Origin: Vicugna vicugna
Taxonomy: Eukaryota
Reading direction: 5' to 3'
DNA: 64,000 nt
Assembly (NCBI GenBank): GCA_013265495.1
Contig: MU059922.1
Location: forward strand, 2,984,661-3,048,660
The notes beneath the pieces were generated by a model. It did no database searches, was not told the DNA's origin, and was given only the letters and a program-made list of their open reading frames with translations. The position numbers and the translations under genes are program-made. Positions 1-13,280 of this stretch are shown here, piece after piece; positions within the stretch are counted from its first letter, which is position 1, and each line of letters begins with the position of its first letter.

Positions 1-580
1 AAGTGCAATTCTTGAAATAATCCCGTTCTCTTCATGCTTCAGAAATTGTTTCAGATCAGAACAGTTTCCTGCCTTTTCGGATTCCGTCTCTGTGCTGGGT
101 CAGGGAGCAAAGACGACGCCCGAGGTGGTGGGAAGCTCAGTGGGAGATGAGGGGCCCCTTCCCTCTCTTCTTTCTGGAGTCCAGTCTCAGCCCCGAATTT
201 GGCTTTGAAAATCAAGCAAAGAAAGCAAGCTGGTTCCCCACTAGGATATCGTAGTGAACAGTCTCCATTACCCTCAAGACAAGAGCCACCCCAACGCAGG
301 GCACGCACTTTGAATTGTTTTTCAGGTAAAGGTCATAGGTTTCCCCTGAGCTAGTAACCCAAAGTTACAGACTCCAAACAGGGCTAGATCTGAGCCTTGC
401 TGTGTCCCTGTCTTCCTTCTGCTGAAAACCAGCTTTATGAACTCGAGAAGACCGCGTACCTGCTCCTGTCCCCTTCTCTCTGTCAGACGGAGAATTCACA
501 TTTTGTGGCTTTCAGTCTTTTCCAGTTTGTGAGTGACTGGAAGCTGCATCGTTCCTGATGGATGGAAGCTTAACGTATCA

Positions 581-599
581 TCCCCCGCAGGGGGCGTCT
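581..599 (+). promoter_or_regulatory. Candidate CTCF-binding motif
   Basis: TCCCCCGCAGGGGGCGTCT resembles the CTCF core CCASYAGRKGGCRS. Motif match only. Confidence 0.4.
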
Positions 600-2419
600 T
601 CCTGTTAAGGAGAAGACAAGGGGAGATAGGGAAGGTGCTGAGGACCACTCCCTCCTACACAGTCCCTCGTAGACTGAGCTCCGGGACCGTCAGCGGGACC
701 CCGGGTCTTGCATCCCCGTCTTCCCGATGTCTAGCACATGGCACGTCATGGGTGCTAATGTGAGTGTGAATTACTGCCCTGTCTTAGAGTTGAACAGCTC
801 CCGAGAGTCGACGAGACCTAAATGGCGGGTCAGGCACGGAGATCCCACCTGGCTGTCTCCCCCCACACCCTGGCCCTGGCCCTGTTAACTTCACTCATTA
901 ACCTCCTCATCCGGTGAGTTAGCCGTCAGTTGTATGATTCTTGTCTGATTAGTCCAATTCATCACATTTAATTATGTTATTGTTTCTGCCTTCCATTAGT
1001 GAGGAAGAGGAAACATTAGCTGAGAATGTGATGTGATAGGACTGTGCTGAGCTCTTTCCATACTCCATCTTATGTCATTTAATAGCATTCTCAAAATCCC
1101 TGAGGTAGGAATTATGACACTTACTTTGCAGGTGAGGTAACGTGCCCAGGTTCTCATCACTAGGCAGCCACAGAGCTGGGACTGGACGTAAGTCTGTCCG
1201 TCTTCAAAACCGCACGTTCTTCCCATTGCACTGCACTGGCTCTCCCCCCCTTGCCCAATAATTCAGCATTGTTTCTGAGATCACATGACGGGGCTGTGGG
1301 GGACCTTTGCAGGAAGCAGGGAAGGACTGTTTGAAATGACGCTTTCTCATGGTGGTGACGATAACATCGACCCCGTGAGAACATCTCACTGACGTCATCC
1401 GCAGAGCTGTCCTGTTTGCTGCAGGTCGTGGTGCAGGTACCACACAGACGATGCTCCCCGTGTGAAGCAGCAGGCTCTTATAGATGCGTCATCTGTGTCT
1501 TCTGTCTCCTTAGGGCCGTGTTCCACCCAGTCCACTGAGGAAACCTTAACAGATGCCTTCTCAGATGATAATGGCTAATGCTATTTATTTTTTATTCAGT
1601 AATCAGTTCTTTCTGTTGCTTAAAAAAAAGTGTTATTTGCTATTTGAATATTTGCCCTTAAGGTTTTTGACAGTTATAATCACAAATGGATAGCTCTAAT
1701 CTAATCACTGACTGAAGGAGCAGGGAAATGTTTTAGTATATCATTTTGGAGAAAGAGGATCTTCTACCTGAATTCTTAAAGTTATGAAAAGAGAAACTGA
1801 GATTCATTTGCTCTTTTGAGTTAGGACCGTACAAAGACACAAATCACTTAGTTTCTGTAAATATAAAGTGAGGATCATAGTGGCCCTGAAAGTGATGCTG
1901 TAACACACCCTGCAGGTGCCGCCATCATGAAATCAGTGAGGCCGACGGCACAGCTTTTCTCATGTTTCCAGGCAGCCCCTTGATTGCATGATTAATAAGG
2001 GCGAAGGGAAGAAAATCAAGGAACTCAGTGGGCAAAGCATGCTGTAAATACCCAATCAATTTCCTCTTGCAAATTCTGTAACATTGCGACTTCCAGAGAA
2101 GAAACTTGATGGGGCTTGTTCACCTGGGAACCTTTAAGGAAACAAAGTAGATTCTTTTTGTTCCCTGTCGCAACCTACATTATAGAGCTAGAGCTAGAGA
2201 AAAATGAATGATCCTGCTCTAATCAGTTACTTTATTCTGGTTTTTATGCCGGGAGTTTAGAGAATTGGCAGAGAACTGAATGGGAAGGGGGTGTTTAAAG
2301 GGTGTTTAAAGTGAAAGTAGTACAGAAAAGAACAGATCAAATTTAATAGAAACGAAGAGGAGAGAAAAACAGGCAAATGTGTTTTAAAGGAGATCATTTA
2401 ACTCTACCTCACCTCAGCC

Positions 2420-2780
2420 CACCAGACATTTACTGAGCATCTACAATGGACCTAGACTTGAGCCAGATGCTGGAAATCTGGAGATGATGGACAGATCGTC
2501 ACCATCACAAGGGCCTCCCATCATTCCCAGTGCGTTACATGGGACAAAGCATGTCAGGAGATCAGTTTGGGGAATAAGCATGACCCATCACAGCAAAACC
2601 ACAGTTGCCGTGTTAGAAGAAGTAAGACAGACTTGGGAAACAGAAAGCCAGAATGCTTTTAAGCAGAGGATGATACGGTCAGATTTAAGTGTGGGTAGGT
2701 GACTCTGGAATGATTACAGAACACGGATTTTAATAGGAAAAGACAGGAGACCAATGGGGATATTGGGGCTTATACACTAT
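2420..2780 (-). mobile_element. L2 LINE 3' fragment
   Basis: 'cagacatttactgagcatctac...gagccagatgctggaaat' resembles the antisense L2 3' end. Confidence 0.6.
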
Positions 2781-3175
2781 GAGTGGAATGCCTCTCATAA
2801 CTTCGTTTTGAGGTGATCTCCACTGGTTTAAGTAGTCAATGAATTAAAAAGCAAATATTTCATTTATATATGTATAAAAAAATCACCAATCATTTATATC
2901 TGTGGGTATGAAGATGGAGTTTGACTTTATTAAAATGACTTTAACATCTGGGCTATTGAATTAGCACATCTGTCATTTATAATTCAATATGTACACAGAA
3001 GATCTTTTTCAGGGTGCTATTTAGGCTGCTCTCATTGTAGTTAAAGCATTTCCAAGGAACTGGTCCACTTCAAATGTTCAAAGATATTGAACAATATGGC
3101 GCATCAAGAAGGGCAGATGAAATCCAATGAACTGCCAAGTTTCAGGCTCGCTCAGTCACAGCTGTCATTCTTTTT

Positions 3176-3532
3176 TCTGTTTTTTTAATTGAACTATAAT
3201 TGATTTACAATGTTTCAGGAGTACAGCAAAGTGACTCAGTTATACATACATACGTGTGTGTGTGTGTGTGTGTGTGTGTGTTCTTTCTCAGATTCTTTTT
3301 CATTACAGGTTACTATAAGGTATTGAATACAGTTCCCTGTGCTATACAGTAGGACCTTGTTGGTTATCTATTTTATATATAATAGTTTGTATAATAGCTA
3401 ATCCCATACTCCTAATTTATCCCTCCCCGCCCCTTTCCCCTTTGGTAACCATGTTTGTTTTCTATGTCTGTGAGACTATTTCTGTTTTGTAAATAAGTTC
3501 ATTTGTATCATTTTTGTTTAGATTCCACGTAT
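3176..3532 (-). mobile_element. L1 3' end (lineage-specific, camelid/cetartiodactyl type), apparently inserted into a MIR
   Basis: T-tract, then 'aattgaactataattgatttacaatg...ttccctgtgctatacagtagg...tagattccac'. Homologous to in-window copies at ~16.2 kb and ~23.0 kb. MIR core 'ggcaagtcactt..ctctgagcc' resumes right after it. Confidence 0.85.
3254..3280 (+). repeat. (TG)n microsatellite inside the L1 tail
   Basis: Direct reading of gtgtgt...gtg. Confidence 0.9.
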
Positions 3533-3536
3533 TTCA

Positions 3537-3690
3537 GGCAAGTCACTTCATCCCTCTGAGCCTTTGTTTTTGCAAAAAGTGTAGGAGTATACTTTCTCTC
3601 CTCTGACTTCATAGGGCTATTATGATAGGGAAATGAGAAACTTTAAGAGAAAACCACATACCTTTACAAATGTAAGTGTTTTATCATTTA
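3537..3690 (+). mobile_element. MIR fragment
   Basis: 'caggcaagtcacttcatccctctgagcc' matches the MIR core, followed by a diverged MIR 3' part. Confidence 0.65.
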
Positions 3691-5069
3691 TTAAGGGAGA
3701 GGAGAGGAGAGAGAGAGTGTGTGTATGTATTTATTATATCAATTTTCCGCTCCTTGGGGCAACCCCATCCATTCATATTTTCCTTTCAGTTACCAAGTTT
3801 TCTGAGACCTTTTCCTCGTCAAATGCTAAGTGTGAAAATATGATACAAGTTATTAATATGTGGGATAAAAACAGTAAATTTCTCCTGATAGGAATTGCAC
3901 ATCTTGCCTCAGCCCCCGTTGGCCATGAAACTAAAATTAGAACTTTTCATATTCTTTAAGAGAGGTGGGTTTAATGGTTTCGGACAGGGTCTGATACATG
4001 TGCGTGACATCAAGAGTGTTAATTATACTCTTCAGATCTTCAAGATTCTCACTTTTGTCTGGAAACAGTTTGTACATTATTTTCCAGCTTGGGATTCTGG
4101 CAGCAGGTGGGCAGTGGTAGCTCTGTGCTCCACACACTGTGCGGTGCTAGTTTAGGGGCCCACCAAGGAGAGCCAGGGGCTGTAAGCCCAGGTGTCCTTG
4201 ACTCCTTCCCAGGCAGGTAGCGAGAGCTTGTGCACCAAGAGGAGACAGCCCTTTGAGGTTCACAGCACTTTGCAGCCATCCCAGTGCCTGTCTCTACTGG
4301 GCCACTGTCAGAGCCAATTCCATCCAATGCCGTGGCTTCAGTTGCCAAGGTCACTGCCGTGTCAGCTCAGTCCTTTATGTTGCCCAAGGCTGGCCATCCT
4401 TCACGTAGTCTTAGGACTCTCTCTGCCTGTGGCTCTGGGTTCCTGTGTAGCTGTGATTGGTGTCTCTGCAGAGCTGCACTGCACCAGATAATGTAGCTGC
4501 AGAGGTGTGGTGGGAATTCTCCCTTCCTCCAGGCATCCACCGAGGGCTGGCTTCAAGTTTATTTCAGTCCCACAGCCCACCTGTGGGTCAGAGAAGGGGA
4601 CTAATTAGGTTAGCTCCTGTGTGAGACACTGCTTTGCAGTTAAAGCAGTTCTGATTCTATCCTGGTCATATGGAAGGGTTTTCAGAATGTTTGTTAATAC
4701 TAAGATATGTGCAGCAAGCCGTCCTTTATTTAAGACTTGAAAAAAAATTATTAAATTTCAACCTCAAAAGTTATTTTTAATATTGTCATTTAGAATATGC
4801 CAGAAAATAGTAAAAATAGATGTTTAAATGGTGGAAAACATTTGTGCAGCAGGGTCTCACCCCATCACGCCCCATTCCTTACCCTCCCTACCCCACAGAC
4901 CCACTGAGGCTGCTGCTAGAAATAGCCGTAGCAAATAGGTTTCTAAGAAATCTGAAAGAGGTAATACAGTGAAGTCTGTGAGCTTTTCTGTGTAAAGAAT
5001 AAATTGCTAAACTGATAAGGATAAGCTTCAGACAGTTCAAGATAAATTTTTGTTTTTGTTTTTATTTTT

Positions 5070-5790
5070 CCCTCTTTATTAAGATGTAATTGACAAATAA
5101 CATTGTGTAAGTTTGTGTACAATATTATGATACATGTACATGTTGTGAAATGTTTGCCACAATATGGTTAATTAACACATCCTTCACTTCACATCATTAC
5201 CATTTGTTGGTATTATCATGAGAACATTAAGTACCATTTCAGAGCGGTTATCAAGTATACAGTATGGTATTGTTAGTAACAGCCACCGTGCTGTAATTAG
5301 ATTCCTGAGACTTATAAATGGAAGTCTGTACCCTCTGACTAACGTTTTCCGATTCCCCTCACCACTCAGCCTCTGGGAACTACCATTCTGCTGTTTCTAT
5401 GAGGAGATGTTTTTAGATTCCACATATAAGTGAGATCATATAGTATTTGTCTTTCTCTGTCTGACCTATTTCACTTAGAATATTACCCTCAACTTTCATC
5501 CATGTTATTGCAAATGGCAAGATTTCTGTCTTATAGCTGAAAATATTCCTCAGTGTGTGTATGTGAGACATTAGCTATTGGCTATTATGAATAATGCTGC
5601 AGTGAACACGGGAGTGCAGACATCTCTTTGAGACAGCCATTTGATTTCTTTTGTATCTATATTTCAGATTCTGGCAGCCCGTGGGCAGTGGTAACTGTGT
5701 TAGATCATACGGTATTTCTATCTTTAGTTTCTTGAGGAATCTGCATACTGTGTTTTCGTAGTGGCTGTACCAAGATGGGTTTTATGAACA
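5070..5790 (-). mobile_element. Old L1 (L1MA9/10-like) 3' fragment
   Basis: 'taattgacaaataacattgtgtaagttt...gagatcatatagtatttgtctttctctgtctgacctatttcacttag...gaggaatctgcatactg'. Confidence 0.85.
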
Positions 5791-5924
5791 GAAAAATTTG
5801 TAGTTCGCTGTTTGTGTAGACAAATAAAATATATGGGTTTAGGGGGAAGCACCTTAAGTGACTCCTTCAAGTTATTTTTTGGAAGTAGTAAAATGTCAGC
5901 CAGAGTATTAAATGATGAAACTGT

Positions 5925-6270
5925 CCTATTGTGTATGATTCCCCAGAAGCAAATCCTAAGATGAGGATTTGTGGGCAAGACATTTATTAAGGGGAGAGGG
6001 GTGAGAAAACAGGGAAGCAGGACAGAGAACAGACAGAAGCCAAGTGAAGGGGAGACCTGGGCAGAAGCCCTTGAGGGCAGTGGGTGGACTTAGCCAGTTC
6101 CACTTGGCACCTGTGAAGTGGGGTTAGAGTTGTTTCGACCAGCGATAAGGGAGCTTGGCTATCATTCTCCCAGGCCCAACAGTCATTGGTCACCAAGCCC
6201 CAAGGGAGGTCCAGTAGGCAAAGGACAGTTGGCCGAGGAGTAGCACAGGGGATGGTCGTTGGGAGTATTC
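5925..6270 (-). mobile_element. ERVL LTR (LTR16/LTR33-like) fragment
   Basis: 'ccccagaagcaaatcctaagatgaggatttgtgggcaagacatttatt' resembles the antisense 3' end of LTR16-type LTRs. Confidence 0.5.
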
Positions 6271-6275
6271 CATGG

Positions 6276-6629
6276 TGCTATAGGCTGAATGCTTGTGTCC
6301 CTCCAAACTTCATATGCTGAAACTGAATTCCCAGTATGTATTTGGAGGTGGGGCCTTGGGAAGGTGATTAGGTCATAAAGATGGGACCTCATGATGGAAT
6401 TAGTACCCTTTTGAAAGACTTCCCAGAGAGCTTCCACACCCCTTCCCCACATGAGGACATGGGGGGAAGGAGCTGTGTGTGAACAGGAAGCAGGCTCTCA
6501 ACAGACACTGAATCTGCCAGCCCCTTGATCTTGGACTTCCAGCCTCCAGAGGTATGAGAAATAAATCTGTTACTCATGAGCCGTCTGGTCTCTGATATTC
6601 TGTTACAACAGCCTAGCGTGGCTAAGACG
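6276..6629 (+). mobile_element. MLT1A/MLT1A0-like MaLR solo LTR
   Basis: Starts 'tgctataggctgaatgcttgtgtccc', contains 'ttgatcttggacttccagcctccaga..gagaaataaat' and ends 'gctaagacg'. Flanks catgg (6271-6275) and catag (6630-6634) form a 4/5 TSD. Confidence 0.9.
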
Positions 6630-8959
6630 CATAGGAGTTCAGATTTTCAGACCCAGTTAGAAGGGATGAGAAGGGATCTGGTCATCACAGCAGTGACCAT
6701 AATATTGTCTGCTATGATGGACCTTGAGCCACTCTTTATGTCCAGACAAGAAATCCAGGTTTCATTTTAGACGTTGGTTCACATACCTTCCTGACCACAA
6801 AAGCCCATATCATCAGGAACGTAATGACAGATCAGGTGGGTCCTGCGTGAGGCAATTTGCTGCAGATTAAACTGTGACCCGTTTTTGCTTAAGTGAGATC
6901 TTGAAGGAATGTTAAATTGAGAGTTATATTCTATCCTAACATAAGGAACAAATAATTTTCCATCGTATAAAAATAGGATATTTGTAACTTGCAAAATCTG
7001 TTCAAGCAAGAGTTTAACCAGAAATTAATATGTAATCCTTTCTTTATGAAATCCATAACTTGTGGTTTATGCATGCTTTTGTATTAAGTTGTGTCCTGTA
7101 ACAGTGAAATACAACTCTAGAAATGGCACAGTACCAAAGAAGACTTCCTAATGGCCGACGTTTGACTCTTTTCAAGTAACGTGCAGTATTATAGTAAAGT
7201 TGTCACACAAACCAGTCTTGTCTTATTGGAACTAATTGATATGAATCTGAATCAGTCTCTCCATCCTTTTGTGCTCATCATAGCACTTCGCTGAAATCAC
7301 CCTACAGGATTACTCCATTCTGTTCCATGTTATTATCTTGAAAGCAAAACAGTATGTTTCATCTCTAGATTATCCAAGACACTTACCACTGTAGCAGCTC
7401 ATAGTAGGTGTTTGAAAACATTCAGATGAGGAAATTGGCCTACAGTTCCCCTTCTTTGAAACATCTTGTCATTTATTTTAATAGCCAAGTACATTTGCTC
7501 TTTGAATAATGATTCACCATAGAGTCTCCTGGCTGCTTGTTAATTCTTGACTTCCTCTCTCTTGCTCATTTGAAACCCGTCAGCAGCGTTTCTGCAGGAT
7601 GTGGCAGGCGTCAGGAGCATGTGTTGTGTGCGTATGCATCAAAGGAGGCGTAGCTTTCTTTCCTCTTCTCACCCATACTCTTCTCTTTAATGTAACTGTA
7701 AATTCCCAGAATGTACATCCTATTTTGAAATAAGAATCAGGCTTTGAATAAGACTTTGCCCAAGTAGAGCAGGATTCTAGGTGTTCGACTTGAATACAGA
7801 AGATAAGAATTTCATGTAACTTTTCCTGCTGTCTCTGAAAATATATTTTAAACCAGTCCTTGGCTCTGGCTTTGCTCCTTCTGAGAAATAGAGTATATTT
7901 ATATAAAACAAATGCACAGCTTTTTCAAAGATTGAGTGAGAGAAAGAAGAGGACTCTCTAATAGGCTTTAATACACTAGCGAATTTGATGGATTTATTTC
8001 AGAGCAAATCATCCCAGGTATGGTCCCAGTACAGCCAGAAGCCTTGAGAAGCTGAAAATTGTGAAGAAAACTTGGGCAGTGTGTGTTCCTGTGAGATTCC
8101 CATTTTCACTACATACTAAAAGTTTATGCTGACTGTCAGATGCTTCTGTAGTGAAATTTATCATCAGAATTTACTAAGAAAAAATTGCAAACTTACTGTG
8201 CTCTCAACCTTATATATTTTAAAACATACATTAAGGTCAGAGCCAACAGTATGGACAGCTACCCTAGTGCGAGAGTAACACAAAGACCTAACAGCTCTTC
8301 CACGACCAGCTCGTAACAAGACCTCCACTATGATAGTAAAAAGAAAATCTCCTTCTAAAAAGTGAGTATCAGCTGACAGAGGGAAACTGGTAGCAAGTAG
8401 TTCCTTAGACCATCACTGAGTAGAGAAAGATCCCTAAGTAAATGAATTACAGAAGAGCTCAACTCTGATCAGGTAATCAGAGTCATAAAAAACCTGGAGC
8501 TGGTGGGAAGGCATTTGGCAAGGCTGCCAGACCAGATGCCCCAAAACAAACTTGCTTTTTTCTTTTTCTTTTTTTTTCCCTCCCACCACACCCCTTTTTT
8601 TTTTTTTTTAAATGCTATCACCTCTCTCCCCCAGCACCAAAGCGAAATAAAACCCGTGGGTAGTTCAGATGCCCAGTCTCCTACCCGACTCATCCAGATA
8701 GTCACTGAGCTCCAGTTGCTCGTCTTCTGCTTTGTCCCTGCTGCCTCGGGCCAGGCTTTCACTCTCTCCCGCCCCCTTTCTCCTTCCTGACCTCTTGTAT
8801 GTTCCCGTGGTGCTCTTCCTTGCCAGTCATCCCTTCATTCCTAGGTTTTCCACGCCCCTGCCTGCTCCCCCAGCCCCGAGGTGTCTCCCCGCTCTCTCCT
8901 CCTGTCTTTGCCATGGTGGTGGCCTCTGTGGAGCTGAGTGTTGCTCAGGCCACGGCGTC

Positions 8960-9190
8960 CGAGAGATCTGGCTTCAAAGCCCAGGTCTGCCTCTTACTGC
9001 CTGTGTGACTTTGGCTGTTATATGACCTCATCAAATCTTACCTCCCTTCTTTGTAAAAGAAAAAAAAAAGTACTGTTAGTTCCCAGCTCAAAAAATTTTT
9101 GTGAATATTAAATAAGATAATGTCTGTAAAAAGCTTAGCGCAGAACCTGCTGCAGGGTTAAGTATTCTCAGTTAACATAGTAATATTAAT
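8960..9190 (+). mobile_element. MIR
   Basis: 'caaagcccaggtctgcctcttactgcctgtgtgactttgg...attaaataagataatgtctgtaaaaagcttagc'. Confidence 0.75.
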
Positions 9191-12100
9191 GATTAGTGTT
9201 GGATATCACTGAGGCTAGAAGATGGTGTAAGAACCTCAGGGTGCAGGAAGATTTTAGGTAGGTGACCAATATTTACTAAAAAAGTTGGGATACCTGTCAT
9301 CTGCCCTTTATATCACCTAAAGACATTTTTAAAGATTAATACAATGAGAAGAATCCCTTAATACATTTATTAAATATCAACTTTTCAATGGACTTAGCCA
9401 TAAATCATCCATTTATTGATACAGAAACATAACTGAAACTTCCAGAAATAATACTTCATATCTCTGCAGCTCATTTTTTTTTGAAAATACGTGGTGCTCT
9501 CCCGCACGCTGTGCTAAACTGAGCTAACTGCTGGGGATGTCAGAGGACAGGAAATGTTCATTTCCTTCCCTGAGAAAACTTACACTCTAATGAAAAGATC
9601 AGAAGAATGAACGATCAGTAATAATTTACCACAATAAGTGCACACGTAGCTCAAGTCCCAGGTGAACCATGTCCATTACGAACTAACACAAAAGCTTTTC
9701 TGAAAGGGAGAAAGGAGCGTGATGTTGGCATTCTGATCAAAGATCCTGGACTGAGAATTGGGATATCTGGATTCTAATCTTCCTTCAACGGTGAAATTGC
9801 AGTTCGGACAGATCAGTTGTTCAAGTCGCTCTGCCTCTGTGACTGAGGCCCAGGAACCTCAGGGATGCTTGGAGGCTGCCATGAGGGTGAGAGCTCTAGG
9901 AGGGCAAGGCTCTGTGATTCTCATCCGTGGCTTCCAGCTAAAAGCTGAAGCGAGTATATTTTTGCCATTTCAAAGAAGGCAGTCTCCATCTCCAGTAATT
10001 ATGTAATCTAATTTCAAGGAATATTGATGTTAAAATGTGAACTTCACTCTCACTACGTTGGTCAGACATGATTTTGAATATGATAGAAGAGAAAATGTCC
10101 ACCTGCAAGCCATTGCCACCCATGGACAGACCCCAATCAAGAGCATCTTTAACAGAAGGTTGAATTCTCCTTTGTTGAAATTCCATGGCTTGTGTTGCTT
10201 TATTCCAATTATAAAACGTCTGAACATGAAAATGCAAAGTGATTTTCATTCAAGTCTTAATTTCAAACAACCAGAGTGTGTTTCTTTATAACTAACGGAG
10301 AAGTGTGACTGTGATGAAGTCAATATTACTTGGTAAAAAGAAGAAAGAAAGCTTTTTCCCTGATGTCCTCACACTAGTCAGGTTAAGACTCTAATGCGTA
10401 GTTAGAGGGCGTCTTTAATGTAAAGCAGGTCAAGGACGCGCAGGGAAAACTTCAAGAGTCTTCATCTGCACAGCCATTCTTTTCTACGGAACTGAAATTA
10501 TTCAGATCATTTTCCACCTTCAAATGTATCTGTTTTATAGTTTCCAAGTGCAGGAATCTTTAAAGTCTACGGCTATAGATGTGTGAATAAGAATGACATA
10601 TTGTTCAAAGGACTTCTCTTTCATGGGGCATAACCATATACATTGTTTTATACAAAGAAACCCGTAATAAAGAACTCGCCCCTTTTCCCTGGGGATAGAG
10701 GATAGAAGACCCAGGGTTAGATGTGCAAGTTTATGTGTGAGGAACGTTGAGGAGAGGCGTGCCTGACTTTTACCTGATCTCTCTCTGACAGCATAACCGA
10801 CTCCCTGCTAATCTCTAGTCATGACAATGATTAAAACGAGGAGAGAGCAGAAGATGGTCTGAAATGTTTAAGAAAAATACTTTGGTCCCCACTCTATGTG
10901 TGCTCTGCTACATGAAAGATACCCCATTTACCAACTTTTAAACCAATGCTGGGCTTGAACACAGAGTAATTCAGCCACAAAACTCAACTCTTTGTTTCTT
11001 ATGCCTTTTAAATTATAGGAGTCAGTAAATATTTCCTGAAAGAACAAAGGAATCACCCCCATGGTAAAGCGCAGCTGGGCAAGCTGATCTCACACATCTG
11101 CTGGGACAAGGGAGACAGAGTTAAAGGTTGTGAAAAATGAAACCTTCCCAGCCTACCACCCTTTTCCCTTCTTCTGTCAGGATGCAAAAACTCACTCCCA
11201 GTTCCTGCACTTTCTCCACATCCAAGATATTTCCAGTTATCTCAGGTTACTTCTGAGAAGGAAGACTATAGGCTGGAGTTCTTCACTGACACCAGTGGGA
11301 CCAACTGTTTCCTGTCACTGCCGTGGCAGCCGCCCAGCCCTCACTGCCTTCAAATGGGCATGTTTTATTAAGGGTGGTGGAATCTCAGCTTCACAAACTT
11401 TTCATAGACCTGACACATCACAAGTACACAGTTTTGCCATGCTCTGTGAAAATAACACAATATAATATGAAGATGTTCCAAGATCCACCCTAGAGTACTC
11501 TCCTTCCACTGAGTGTTGGCTGGGGCTTCTGAAGTCACTGACTCATGATTTATATTTGTATTTATTTATAGTATGGATATATACTTTTTCAGCTCATCTG
11601 ACATATATATACACCTACATATAGATATATATGTGTTTGTTTTTGTTTCTGTTTTTGCCAGTTGACCTCAACTTCAGTCCCAAGTCCTAAATGACCATAT
11701 AAAGGGACACAACAGAGAAACACTGGAGAAACAGTCCTTTGTATGATCCTCAGCAGAGAATTACTCTTGGCTTTTGGTTGCCAATGTCCTATTTACTTCC
11801 AGCTCAAAGTCAATTAAGATAGCGACCCACAGGTTCTACCTGCAGTAATTCACTGCAAACCTCTGGTCTGAACCGGAAATACAAGACCTGCCTCAGTTCC
11901 TCTGAGATGATTTTTACATCTTGAATCTCCCTTCCTCTCATCATGTCCTGGCTTTTCGGTTTGAGTCATTTTTCTAAACACCTGGTCATTCCTTTCCTTC
12001 CATTCTCAGTTACATCAGACTGACAGCTCCTCACTCTTCTCTTTGTTGCGTTCCATATTTGAAACCACAAATCTTTCTGAGATTCCAGGTTTCATTAACT

Positions 12101-12469
12101 GTACCTTAAAAAATGCCCCAAATTTTCTCGCAAAATTGAGTCTCTATGCAAACTTATTTCCCTTGTGATTGACAATTTAATTACAGTATTATTATGTCCC
12201 TTTTCTAATCAGTCTGGAGACAGCTGGAAACCTACCATGGCTTCAAGGTGATTTCCTTGAGGGCAGTTAATTACTTGATGACCTACCCTGCCCATTTTGA
12301 GGTAGAGCTTATCTTGTGCAGTGAGGCCCTGGACTGGCCAGTGCGTTCCCAGAATGGAAAAACACCAGCGTGGAGCTGAAGCAGGTGCCAGTCATCCGTG
12401 TAGCAGCCAGTCTGCTGAGTCCTTTTCCATTCAAGAGCAATAATCAGATGGAATGATTTGCATGACCTC

Positions 12470-12700
12470 ATTAATTTTGCAGATGGAATCAAGGTGTGTG
12501 GGATGGATGGCGATATAAATGTAAATGATCTTGACAACAAGCTAAAGAAAAGGCTAGTCAAAGCGTTGAACTCAGTGACGTTTGGTAGAGATACTGATTA
12601 AGTTGCACATTACAGCTTTTTCTAAAGTGAGGATATATAAAAGAGAGTCTAAGTCACTGTACAGTAAAAACTCACGTGAGAAACTTACTGAATCTGAGAA
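12470..12700 (+). mobile_element. CR1/L3 LINE reverse-transcriptase relic
   Basis: 'tttgcagatggaatcaaggtg...aatgatcttgac' reads FADGIKV...NDLD, compared with CR1 RT FADDTKL...NDLD. Downstream 'ctcacgtgagaaactt' resembles L3 'ttcatgtgaaaaagactt'. Confidence 0.5.
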
Positions 12701-12819
12701 ATGTTCTCTTTTTGAACATACGCATCGAGGTAGAATGAATAAAGCGTGCCCGCTGCATGGGAGAATTGGTGCCGCCGTTTGGTTGGATCTATTATTAGTA
12801 CCCTTGTTGATAAGTGACA

Positions 12820-13280
12820 GAACTACTCTGATTTGCTTAGGAAAAAGGTAATTTGGGGACCCACGTAATTAAGAGGCCTTTAGACTGGCCCTAGCTTCAG
12901 GCACAGGTGGATCTGAGGACTTAGAAGGTTCCATCAGGAACAAGTTTCTCCCTCTGGTCTCTCAGCTCCACCTGTCTTTCTTGGCTTCCTGTAGCTTTCC
13001 TATTCCAAGCTCCTTATGGGCGCACCTCCCTGGACCTTAGAGCACAGGACCCCAGAATTTCTCCACACCCAAAGGGCTGTGATCGGTCCACCTTCGGTCA
13101 CATGTCTCTCCCTGGACTGTGTTCAAGAGATGGGCTGTCCTGTGGCGCGGCAGACAGGTTCGCCTGATGTAAAATTCCACAGGAGTATGTGCAGTTGGGG
13201 AATGATCCTTCCCCAGAGGAAAGGGCGCTGGACAAACTGGAACTGGAAGGGAGGGGACAAGAAATAAGACCTCTGCAGAC
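12820..13280 (-). mobile_element. MLT1I/J/K-like MaLR LTR
   Basis: 'gcttaggaaaaaggtaattt..cacgtaatt..ctagcttcaggcacaggtggatctgagg..ctctcagctccacc' fits an antisense old MLT1. Confidence 0.65.

Noticed and set aside
8196-8328. Minus-strand exon-like segment with one open frame (EVLLRAGRGRAVRSLC…); similar site pairs at ~34408, ~46856-46950 and ~47241
   Set aside because: No recognisable product and no consistent phase with the other candidates; compatible with chance splice-like motifs.
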